The notes under the pieces: generated by a model | What the model was told of the DNA's origin: nothing | The model's input: only the letters and a program-made list of their open reading frames with translations | Databases searched by the model: none | Position numbers and translations under genes: made by a program | Shown here: positions 12,779-23,200 of the stretch, in pieces | How the letters are laid out: each line of letters starts with the position of its first letter | Numbering within the stretch: the stretch's first letter is position 1 | Source: Nemertoderma westbladi | Taxonomy: Eukaryota > Animalia > Xenacoelomorpha | Assembly (NCBI GenBank): GCA_032718475.1 | Contig: JAUCBJ010008084.1 | Coordinates: 1 to 64,000, forward strand | DNA length: 64,000 nt | Direction: 5' to 3'

Positions 12779-15262
12779 GTGCGAGTCGTTAAATTCACCG
12801 GGCGAGAGGGACCGGATTCCAAGAATCTACGAGCCCTCCGGTTAGCCGATGCTAGTACGAGACTGAAAAGAACTCGGAACGCAAAGGCAACCGGAGGGGA
12901 CGATTCGTCGTATTGGGAAACGTTCTGGCAAAGCGTCTACAGATCCCGATGTTTGATCTACGACAACGAGGGAAACGCGACGCCCACCTCGAAAGCGATT
13001 ACGTTGGCGAGATGTCAAAGTTTCGTCGACGACAAGAGTACGTACCTCGCCCACTGGGGAAACCTGTCGGAGTGTACGGCGACACTTCGAGAGGAACGTA
13101 TATCGACCATCCAGAATCGCGACGACTACCAAGAAAAGTATGGGGCGAAAGAATATGGTCGATCCTTGGTCGTCGTCCTCGGAACCCTGGACGGTTTGGT
13201 ATTGGTGTGTCGAATATTTCCGACACCCAGACAGGAAGTGCAGGCAGCCGGAGCGATCTGGTTGCTACCTCCGGAAATCCAAAAGATCCTCTTCGACTTC
13301 GACGTCATTAAAATCGGGTTGGATATAAAGGCGGACGTCCGGAACGACTACGCGAACGCTCCTTCAGGAAGAAACCGACGAGACGACCTCAACGCCCTTA
13401 GCCATTGCATCGACACTCAAACGCTACTAGCCTGGTTACGATTCGCCGAGTTCATGCGAGGATTCCAAGAGGTGAGACCGACGAAATCCGGGATCGGCTA
13501 CCTCGCTGTGCTAAACGGCGGCATCGACTTCAAACCCCAGAAATTCCGGGATTATAATAAAATATATGGTGGATACCCGGGATTAGAAATAAAGAGCGAG
13601 CGAGAGGGTCGATGGAAGGACGTTGACCGGAAGTGGACGATACACCAAAGGTGGGAGAATCCCGATCGACGGAACTATATCTACGTCGTTATGGAGTGCT
13701 ACACCGTCGCTAAGTTTATCTGTAAAACTCTCGATAACCTCATTACGGCGGTTCCTCTTTCCTTCGTCGACTACGACTGGAACGAGGTTATAAACCACGC
13801 ATTCAAAGCGGTTGAGAACATCACACCGGGAAAAACGAAAACGCTCGCCGTTATCGATTCCTGGGATGAGAGCGGACCTTACGATATCCCTACGATTACC
13901 GATCTTCTCGGTGCGGAGGAGCCTCTGATTTCTTCGGAAGGGGAAGAAATATGGCTACATGAGGGTGTTCTACTCTCCACCCCGAAGCGACAACTCGAGC
14001 CGGAGGCCGCTTACCAACCGGCAGCCAAACGGGTTGCCTCCACCGAACCAATGACGGAAGCGGGCGTTTCCTCACCACTCGGCTTCGGTAGCCCTGCGAG
14101 GGAGTTGGTTACTACCTTCGCGTTAAACGACTTCGGCGATACATGCCAAAGGTTATCCCCGTATCCTTTCCCGGGTGGCGAAGACTGGTCGTCGGAGATT
14201 CCGAGTACCAGCAATCAACGGACCCGCTCAGCGATATTGGTCGAGAAGGGCCCCAGCGCTGCGCCGACTCCCGACGATCTCCTCGGAATCCCTCCGTCGA
14301 AAACCCCGGCACCTCTTCGCCGACCAGCGGTGGCTACTACACCCTCCGTTCCTCAGGATCCTATGCGACCAACCCGTTGGTACGCCGAGCAAACTGAATG
14401 GATCCACCGCCAGAAACGGTCGTCCGAGTTGAGACCGACGGGACACAAAGAAGGTTATCATAGCGAGGACCTACTACGCAAAAGCCCAGCCTTCCGCGGG
14501 CTACCGACCACCGCGAATATTCAGAAGAGCGACCGGCGACTCGAGTATTACGTCGGCGTCCCGATCCCGATATTTCCCGGTCGAGAGATGCAGTTGGAGG
14601 TGTGCGGCGACTGTGGTTCGGAGCAGTGCCCACGCGGTAGAAGGAATCGGGTTACCGATTCATGCCTCCAGCTCCTCGGGATACTTTATTGCCCTTACTG
14701 CGCGACATCGGGCCACGACGTTTCCATCTGTCCGATCCTATATAACCTCTGCACCACGTGCGGTTTCCGTGGACATTCCGCTAGCCCCCGCTGCTATATC
14801 AACTGTCCTACCAAAGACGTTACCGCTATGGGAAATATGGTCATGTTTGAAACATACGCAAACAGCCACATAAAGACCAAGGTTCAGAGAAACGCTCGGA
14901 ATATCGCGCAGGAGATGGCGTGCGGGTACTTCTTCTTCCCGGAACACCTCCACACGTCGGCCACGCTACCTTTCCATTACGTGGATCTGTTGCTGAGCGC
15001 CGGATTATTCAGCCCATTCGAAGTCATTAGACGCTTATACTCGTATAAAGAGGAGCTCGGTGACGGAGAGTGGTTCCTCGAGGCTCGCAACTCCGAGTTG
15101 GAACGACGAACCGATATGATCCCGTTGCCATCGAAAGGAAGAGCCGCCAGGAGACAAGCCGAAGCGTTGCTCACGATGGACGTTGACGCTCCTCTACCAG
15201 CTATAGCGATCGACGAGAGCCGACGGGCGAAGAGGCGAAAGACGTATCAGAGAAAGAAATAG
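12779..15262 (+). CDS. Accessory ORF3: DEDDy-type 3'-5' exonuclease + linker + CCHC zinc knuckles
   Basis: ExoI LIYDNEG; VVVLGT..G.V; LPPEIQKILFD.DVIKIGLDIKADV (ExoII region); CIDTQ; SGIGYLA; ExoIII-like YVVME; knuckles CPYCATSGHDVSIC and CTTCGFRGH. The frame is open from ~12629, but there is no in-frame ATG before the exonuclease domain, so the true start is uncertain. Confidence 0.8.
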   Translation: MRVVKFTGREGPDSKNLRALRLADASTRLKRTRNAKATGGDDSSYWETFWQSVYRSRCLIYDNEGNATPTSKAITLARCQSFVDDKSTYLAHWGNLSECTATLREERISTIQNRDDYQEKYGAKEYGRSLVVVLGTLDGLVLVCRIFPTPRQEVQAAGAIWLLPPEIQKILFDFDVIKIGLDIKADVRNDYANAPSGRNRRDDLNALSHCIDTQTLLAWLRFAEFMRGFQEVRPTKSGIGYLAVLNGGIDFKPQKFRDYNKIYGGYPGLEIKSEREGRWKDVDRKWTIHQRWENPDRRNYIYVVMECYTVAKFICKTLDNLITAVPLSFVDYDWNEVINHAFKAVENITPGKTKTLAVIDSWDESGPYDIPTITDLLGAEEPLISSEGEEIWLHEGVLLSTPKRQLEPEAAYQPAAKRVASTEPMTEAGVSSPLGFGSPARELVTTFALNDFGDTCQRLSPYPFPGGEDWSSEIPSTSNQRTRSAILVEKGPSAAPTPDDLLGIPPSKTPAPLRRPAVATTPSVPQDPMRPTRWYAEQTEWIHRQKRSSELRPTGHKEGYHSEDLLRKSPAFRGLPTTANIQKSDRRLEYYVGVPIPIFPGREMQLEVCGDCGSEQCPRGRRNRVTDSCLQLLGILYCPYCATSGHDVSICPILYNLCTTCGFRGHSASPRCYINCPTKDVTAMGNMVMFETYANSHIKTKVQRNARNIAQEMACGYFFFPEHLHTSATLPFHYVDLLLSAGLFSPFEVIRRLYSYKEELGDGEWFLEARNSELERRTDMIPLPSKGRAARRQAEALLTMDVDAPLPAIAIDESRRAKRRKTYQRKK

Positions 15263-15427
15263 TGGATCGGGATATTCCAGGAACATTTATTGAACATTTA
15301 TTTTTATACATATATATATAAACTCTAGGCCAAATTAATTAAAACTATGCAATATTAAATTTGGGTTTTTTATATTGGGAATGACCTACGCAAACTCAAT
15401 CTACCGATAGACCTCACGAAGGTCATT

Positions 15428-15436
15428 GGGGGGGAC
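15428..15436 (+). promoter_or_regulatory. Polypurine tract (G7) of element 1
   Basis: gggggggac lies immediately before the TG of the 3' LTR. Confidence 0.85.
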
Positions 15437-17266
15437 TGTTCGCGGTATTTCAACTTTTCATAACGCGAGTTGAATATTTTTTGTATTTATTAAAAACGAT
15501 TATTCCGATATCACTACTGGGTGCGGGACCATGGGTTTTGGGCACATTCTATAAACTGGGGGCGATTTATGGGCGAACTTTGGGGCGACTTACAGGGAAC
15601 GGGACTAATTTCATGTTTATAAGGGCCAGGGGGGATGGAAAATTCAAGCAGTATTCAGGTTAGCCTGATTACTATTAGGCCCTGGCCAACTTCCTGCTGC
15701 CTGTAGAGGTGGATTTGGTAACGTGCCAGGCCTAAAGGACAAGGACTGCTCTTAGCAGTCCCTGGCCAACAGCAGTTATTACGAGCCTGAAAAGGACATC
15801 GGAACGCCAGCTGCTTGCGTCAGGGATTTGCGACGGGAAACGACAGCCCCCTTAGCCAAGCCGTGTACTGGTTCTCGATGACCGATCCCTTCGGGGTTCG
15901 CGAGGGGTGGGACGGACACGCGAAAGGGCGGCCGACTTACAGAGGAAGGGTTTGACAAGGACTGCCCTTAGCGGTCTCTGGTCAACAGCAGTTATTACGA
16001 GCCTGAAAAGGACATCGGAACGCCGGCTGCTTGTACCAGGGATTTGCGACGGGAACTGACGACAGACCCCTTAGCCAAGCCGTACTGGTTCTCGATGATC
16101 GTTCCCTTCGGGGTTCGTGAGGGGTGGGACGGACACGCGACGGGGTCGAAAGACAAAGGACTGGACTCTACTGGCCTACCGACTGTTCGGAGCAGTTTCT
16201 CGGCTGCCGAAGCGACTACGAGCCTGAAAGGGACTCGGAAAGCCTAGGTGGTTGGGTTTCTGCGATGAACCGACGGACCCCTAGCCAAGCCGTACTGGTT
16301 CTCGATGATCGAGCCCTTCGGGGTTCGGGAGGGGTGGGACGGACACGCGAACGGGTCCACCGACACGACAGACTCCTAGCCAAGCCGTACTGGTTCTCGA
16401 TGACCGATCCCTTCGGGGTTCGAGAGGGGTGGTACGGATACGCGACAGAGTCTACCGACTGGACCGACCCTTAGCCAAGCCGTGCTGGTTCTCGATGATC
16501 GTTCCCTTCGGGGTTCGTGAGGGGTGGGATGGACACGCGACGGGGTCGAAAGACAAAGGACTGGACTCTACTGGCCTACCGACTGTTCGGAGCAGTTTCT
16601 CGGCTGCCGAAGCGACTACGAGCCTTAAAGGGACTCGGAAAGCCTAGGTGGTTGGGTTTCTGCGATGAACCGACGGACCCCTAGCCAAGCCGTACTGGTT
16701 CTCGATGATCGAGCCCTTCGGGGTTCGGGAGGGGTGGGACGGACACGCGAACGGGTCCACCGACACGACAGACTCCTAGCCAAGCCGTACTGGTTCTCGA
16801 TGATCGATCCCTTTGGGGTTCGGGAGGGGTGGAACGGACACGCGACAGGGTCGACCGACACCGACACTACGGCATCAAGACTAGGACCGAGGGAAAATCT
16901 GGGGAACATTAGTTAGGCTAAAATCTGAGCGAACAGTGGGTAATTAAATAATATACTGTAGGGATTTATATTGTCGTGTATAATTATTGTGAATATTTGG
17001 TGTATATTGATTTGGGGAAGCCCAAAATTACTCTCAATCAGGATTGTAACAGGATTGTAACAGGATTGTAACAGGATTGTAACAGGGTTAACTACATTAA
17101 AGAATATATCCAACCAATGCAGCTTTTTCTCAACCGCAATCCTGCATCTAAGAAATTTCTCCTTCTCCACAATCAATATCCGGTGACTGGCCGGGACTCC
17201 GTGGTCTGTAAAGCCCCGCCTCCAGCATCGGCGTTTTTCCCCCCTGGTGTTGGGATAACGGCAACA
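15437..17266 (+). repeat. 3' LTR of element 1 (1830 bp)
   Basis: Direct repeat of 2522-4203 with a different internal repeat arrangement, followed by TSD gatag. Confidence 0.95.
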
Positions 17267-20200
17267 GATAGTTAACACATGTCACAAGATTATGCAGGAT
17301 ACTAAAGGAGCAGGTTATAGAGGCGGGTAGATAGAACCAAAACAATAAACGATAGTTAACACATGTTGCAAGATTATGCAGGTTAGTACAGGAGCAGACT
17401 ATAGAGGCGGGAAGATAGAATCAAAACAATAAACGATAGTTAACACATGTTACAATATTATGCAGGTTAGTAAAGAAGCAGGCTATAGAGGCGGGTAGAT
17501 AGAACCAAAACAATAAACGATAGTTAACACATGTTACTAGATTATGCAGGTTAGTAAAGCAGCAGGTTATAGAGGCGGGTGGATAGAACCAAAACATTAA
17601 ACGATAGTTTAACACATGTTACAAGATTATGCCGGTTAGTAAAGGAGCAGGTTATAGAGGCGGGTAGATAGAACCAAAACAATAAACGATAGTTAACACA
17701 TGTTACAAGATTATGCAGGTTAGTAAAGGAGCAGGTTATAGAGGCGGGTAGATAGAACCAAAACAATAAACGATAGTTAACACATGTTACTAGATTATGC
17801 AGGTTAGTAAAGCAGCAGGTTATAGAGGCGGGTGGATAGAACCAAAACATTAAACGATAGTTTAACACATGTTACAAGATTATGCCGGTTAGTAAAGGAG
17901 CAGGTTATAGAGGCGGGTAGATAGAACCAAAACAATAAACGATAGTTAACACATGTTACAAGATTATGCAGGTTAGTAAAGGAGCAGGTTATAGAGGCGG
18001 GTAGATAGAACAAAACAGTAAACGATAGTTAACACATGTTACAAGATTATGCAGATTAGTAAAGGAGCAGGTTATAGATGCGGGTAGATAGAACCAAAAC
18101 AATAAACGATAGTTAACACATGTTACAAGATTATGCAGGATAGTAAAGGAGCAGACTATAGAGGCGGGAAGATAGAACCAAAACATTAAACGATAGTTAA
18201 CACATGTTACAAGATTATGCAGGTTAGTAAAGGAGCAGGCTATAGAAGAGGGTAGATAGAACCAAAACAATAAACGATAGTTAACACATGTTACAAGATT
18301 ATGTAGGTTAGTAAAGGAGCAGGTTATAGAGGCGGGTAGATAGAACCAAAACAATAAACGATAGTTAACACATGTTACAAGATTATGCAGGTTAGTAAAG
18401 GAGCAGGCTATAGAAGAGGGTAGATAGAACCAAAACAATAAACGATAGTTAACACATTTTACAAGCTTATGTAGGTTAGTAAAGGAGCAGGTTATAGAGG
18501 CGGGTAGATAGAACCAAAACAATAAACGATAGTTAACATATGTTACAAGATTATGCAGGTTAGTAAAGGAGCAGGTTACAGAGGCAGGTACATAGAACCA
18601 AAACAATAAACGATAGTTAACACGTGTTACTAGAATATGCAGGTTAGTAAAGGAGCAGGTTATAGAGGCGGGTAGATAGAACGAAAACAATAAACGATAG
18701 TTAACACATGTTACAAGATTATGCAGGATAGTAAAGGAGCAGGTTATAGAGGCGGGTAGATAGAACCAAAACAATAAACGATAGTTAACACACGTTACAA
18801 GATTATGCAGGTTAGTAAAGGAGCAGGTTATAGAGGCGGGTAGATAGAACCAAAACAATAAACGATAGTTAACATATGTTACAAGATTATGCAGGTTAGT
18901 AAAGGAGCAGGTTACAGAGGCGGGTAGATAGAACCAAAACAATAAACGATAGTTAACACACGTTACAAGATTATGCAGGTTAGTAAAGGAGCAGGTTATA
19001 GAAGAGGGTAGATAGAACCAAAACAATAAACGATAGTTAACACACGTTACAAGATTATGCAGGTTAGTAAAGGAGCAGGTTACAGAGGCGGGTAGATAGA
19101 ACCAAAACAATAAACGATAGTTAACACATGTTCCAAGATTATGCAGGATAGTAAAGGAGCAGGTTATAGAGGCGGGTAGATAGAATCAAAACAATAAACG
19201 ATAGTTAACACATGTTACAAGATTATGCAGGTTAGTAAAGCAGCAGGTTATAGAGGCGGGTAGATAGAACCAAAACAATAAACGATAGTTAACACATGTT
19301 CCAAGATTATGCAGGATAGTAAAGGAGCAGGTTATAGAGGCGGGTAGATAGAACCAAAACATTAAACGATAGTTAACACATGTTCCAAGATTATGCAGGA
19401 TAGTAAAGGAGCAGGTTATAGAGGCGGGTAGATAGAACCAAAACAATAAACGATAGTTAACACAGGTTACAAGCTTATGCAGGTTAGTAAAGGAGCAGGT
19501 TATAGAGGCGGGTAGATAGAACCAAAACAATAAACGATAGTTAACATATGTTACAAGATTATGCAGGTTAGTAAAGGAGCAGGTTATAGAGGCGGGTAGA
19601 TAAAACCAAAACAATAAACGATAGTTAACATATGTTACAAGATTATGCAGGTTAGTAAAGGAGCAGGTTACAGAGGCAGGTACATAGAACCAAAACAATA
19701 AACGATAGTTAACACGTGTTACTAGAATATGCAGGTTAGTAAAGGAGCAGGTTATAGAGGCGGGTAGATAGAACCAAAACAATAAACGATAGTTAACACA
19801 TGTTCCAAGATTATGCAGGATAGTAAAGGAGCAGGTTATAGAGGCGGGTAGATAGAACCAAAACAATAAACGATAGTTAACACATGTTACAAGCTTATGC
19901 AGGTTAGTAAAGGAGCAGACTATAGAGGCGGGAAGATAGAACCAAAACAATAAACGATAGTTAACACATGTTACAATATTATGCAGGTTAGTAAAGGAGC
20001 AGACTATAGAGGCGGGAAGATAGAATCAAAACAATAAACGATAGTTAACACATGTTGCAAGATTATGCAGGTTAGTAAAGGAGCAGACTATAGAGGCGGG
20101 TAGATAGAACCAAAACAATAAACGATAGTTAACACATGTTACAAGATTATGTAGGTTAGTACAGGAGCAGGTTATAGATGCGGGTAGATAGAACCAACAT

Positions 20201-23200
20201 AATAAACGATAGTTAACACATGTTACAAGATTATGCAGGTTAGTAAAGCAGCAGGTTATAGAGGCGGGTGGATAGAACCAAAACATTAAACGATAGTTTA
20301 ACACATGTTACAAGATTATGCCGGTTAGTAAAGGAGCAGGTTATAGAGGCGGGTAGATAGAACCAAAACAATAAAAGATAGTTAACACATGTTACAAGAT
20401 TATGCCGGTTAGTAAAGGAGCAGGTTATAGAGGCGGGTAGATAGAACCAAAACAATAAACGATAGTTAACATATGTTACAAGATTATGCAGGTTAGTAAA
20501 GGAGCAGGTTATAGAGGCGGGTAGATAGAACCAAAACAATAAACGATAGTTAACACATGTTACAAGATTATGCCGGTTAGTAAAGGAGCAGGTTATAGAG
20601 GCGGGTAGATAGAACCAAAACAATAAACGATAGTTAACACATGTTCCAAGATTATGCAGGATAGTAAAGGAGCAGGTTATAGAAGAGGGTAGATAGAACC
20701 AAAACAATAAACGATAGTTAACACATGTTACAAGATTATGCCGGTTAGTAAAGGAGCAGGTTATAGAGGCGGGTAGATAGAACCAAAACAATAAACGATA
20801 GTTAACACATGTTACAAGATTATGCAGGTTAGTAAAGGAGCAGGTTATAGAGGCGGGTAGATAGAACCAAAACAATAAACGATAGTTAACACATGTTATA
20901 AGATTATGCAGGTTAGTAAAGAAGCAGGCTATAGAGGCGGGTAGATAGAACCAAAACAATAAACGATAGTTAACACATGTTATAATATTATGCAGGTTAG
21001 TAAAGAAGCAGGCTATAGAGGCGGGTAGATAGAACCAAAACAATAAACGATAGTTAACACATGTTATAAGATTATGCAGGTTAGTAAAGAAGCAGGCTAT
21101 AGAGGCGGGTAGATAGAACCAAAACAATAAACGATAGTTAACACATGTTATAAGATTATGCAGGTTAGTAAAGAAGCAGGCTATAGAGGCGGGTAGATAG
21201 AACCAAAACAATAAACGATAGTTAACACATGTTACAAGATTATGTAGGTTAGTAAAGGAGCAGTTATAGAGGTGGGTAGATAGAACCAAAACAATAAACG
21301 ATAGTTAACACATGTTACAAGATTATGTAGGTTAGTAAAGGAGCAGTTATAGAGGTGGGTAGATAGAACCAAAACAATAAACGATAGTTAACACATGTTA
21401 TAAGATTATGCAGGTTAGTAAAGAAGCAGGCTATAGAGGCGGGTAGATAGAACCAAAACAATAAACGATAGTTAACACATGTTATAAGATTATGCAGGTT
21501 AGTAAAGAAGCAGGCTATAGAGGCGGGTAGATAGAACCAAAACAATAAACGATAGTTAACACATGTTACAAGATTATGCAGGATAGTAAAGGAGCAGGTT
21601 ATAGAGGCGGGTAGATAGAACCAAAACAATAAACGATAGTTAACAGATGTTACAAGATTATGCAGGTTAGTAAAGGAGCAGGTTATAGAGGCGGGTAGAT
21701 AGAACCAAAACAATAAACGATAGTTAACACATGTTACAAGATTATGTAGGTTAGTAAAGGAGCAGTTATAGAGGCGGGTAGATAGAACCAAAACAATAAA
21801 CGATAGTTGACACATGTTACAAGATTATGCAGGTTAGTAAAGGAGCAGACTATAGAGGCAGGTAGATAGAACCAAAACAATAAACGATAGTTAACACATG
21901 TTACAAGATTATGCAGGATAGTAAAGGAGCAGGTTATAGAGGCGGGTAGATAGAACCAAAACAGTAAACAATAGTTAACACATGTTACAAGATTATGCAG
22001 GTTAGTAAAGGAGCAGACTATAGAGGCGGGAAGATAGAACCAAAACAATAAACGATAGTTAACACATGTTATAAGATTATGCAGGTTAGTAAAGAAGCAG
22101 GCTATAGAGGCGGGTAGATAGAACCAAAACAATAAACGATAGTTAACACATGTTATAAGATTATGCAGGTTAGTAAAGAAGCAGGCTATAGAGGCGGGAA
22201 GATAGAACCAAAACAATAAACGATAGTTAACACATGTTATAAGATTATGCAGGTTAGTAAAGAAGCAGGCTATAGAGGCGGGTAGATAGAACCAAAACAA
22301 TAAACGATAGTTAACACATGTTATAAGATTATGCAGGTTAGTAAAGGAGCAGGTTATAGAGGCGGGTAGATAGAACCATAACATTAAACGATAGTTTAAC
22401 ACATGTTACAAGATTATGCCGGTTAGTAAAGGAGCAGGTTATAGAGGCGGGTAGATAGAACCAAAACAATAAACGATAGTTAACACATGTTACAAGATTA
22501 TGCCGGTTAGTAAAGGAGCAGGTTATAGAGGCGGGTAGATAGAACCAAAACAATAAACGATAGTTAACATATGTTACAAGATTATGCAGGTTAGTAAAGG
22601 AGCAGGTTATAGAGGCGGGTAGATAGAACCAAAACAATAAACGATAGTTAACACATGTTACAAGATTATGCCGGTTAGTAAAGGAGCAGGTTATAGAGGC
22701 GGGTAGATAGAACCAAAACAATAAACGATAGTTAACACATGTTCCAAGATTATGCAGGATAGTAAAGGAGCAGGTTATAGAAGAGGGTAGATAGAACCAA
22801 AACAATAAACGATAGTTTAACACATGTTACAAGATTATGCCGGTTAGTAAAGGAGCAGGTTATAGAGGCGGGTAGATAGAACCAAAACAATAAACGATAG
22901 TTAACACATGTTACAAGATTATGCCGGTTAGTAAAGGAGCAGGTTATAGAGGCGGGTAGATAGAACCAAAACAATAAACGATAGTTAACATATGTTACAA
23001 GATTAAGCAGGTTAGTAAAGGAGCAGGTTATAGAGGCGGGTAGATAGAACCAAAACAATAAACGATAGTTAACACATGTTACAAGATTATGCCGGTTAGT
23101 AAAGGAGCAGGTTATAGAGGCGGGTAGATAGAACCAAAACAATAAACGATAGTTAACACATGTTCCAAGATTATGCAGGATAGTAAAGGAGCAGGTTATA

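Larger units (their letters stand above)
2522..17266 (+). mobile_element. Full-length BEL/Pao LTR retrotransposon (element 1) with extra exonuclease gene
   Basis: Two LTRs with TGTT...AACA termini, TSD GATAG (2517-2521 and 17267-17271), gag-PR-RT-RH-IN order with BEL/Pao motifs, and a PPT at 15428-15436. Confidence 0.97.

Noticed and set aside
12779-15262. ORF3 as an env gene
   Set aside because: No signal peptide, transmembrane anchor or fusion-protein pattern is seen; the motifs fit an exonuclease plus zinc knuckles.
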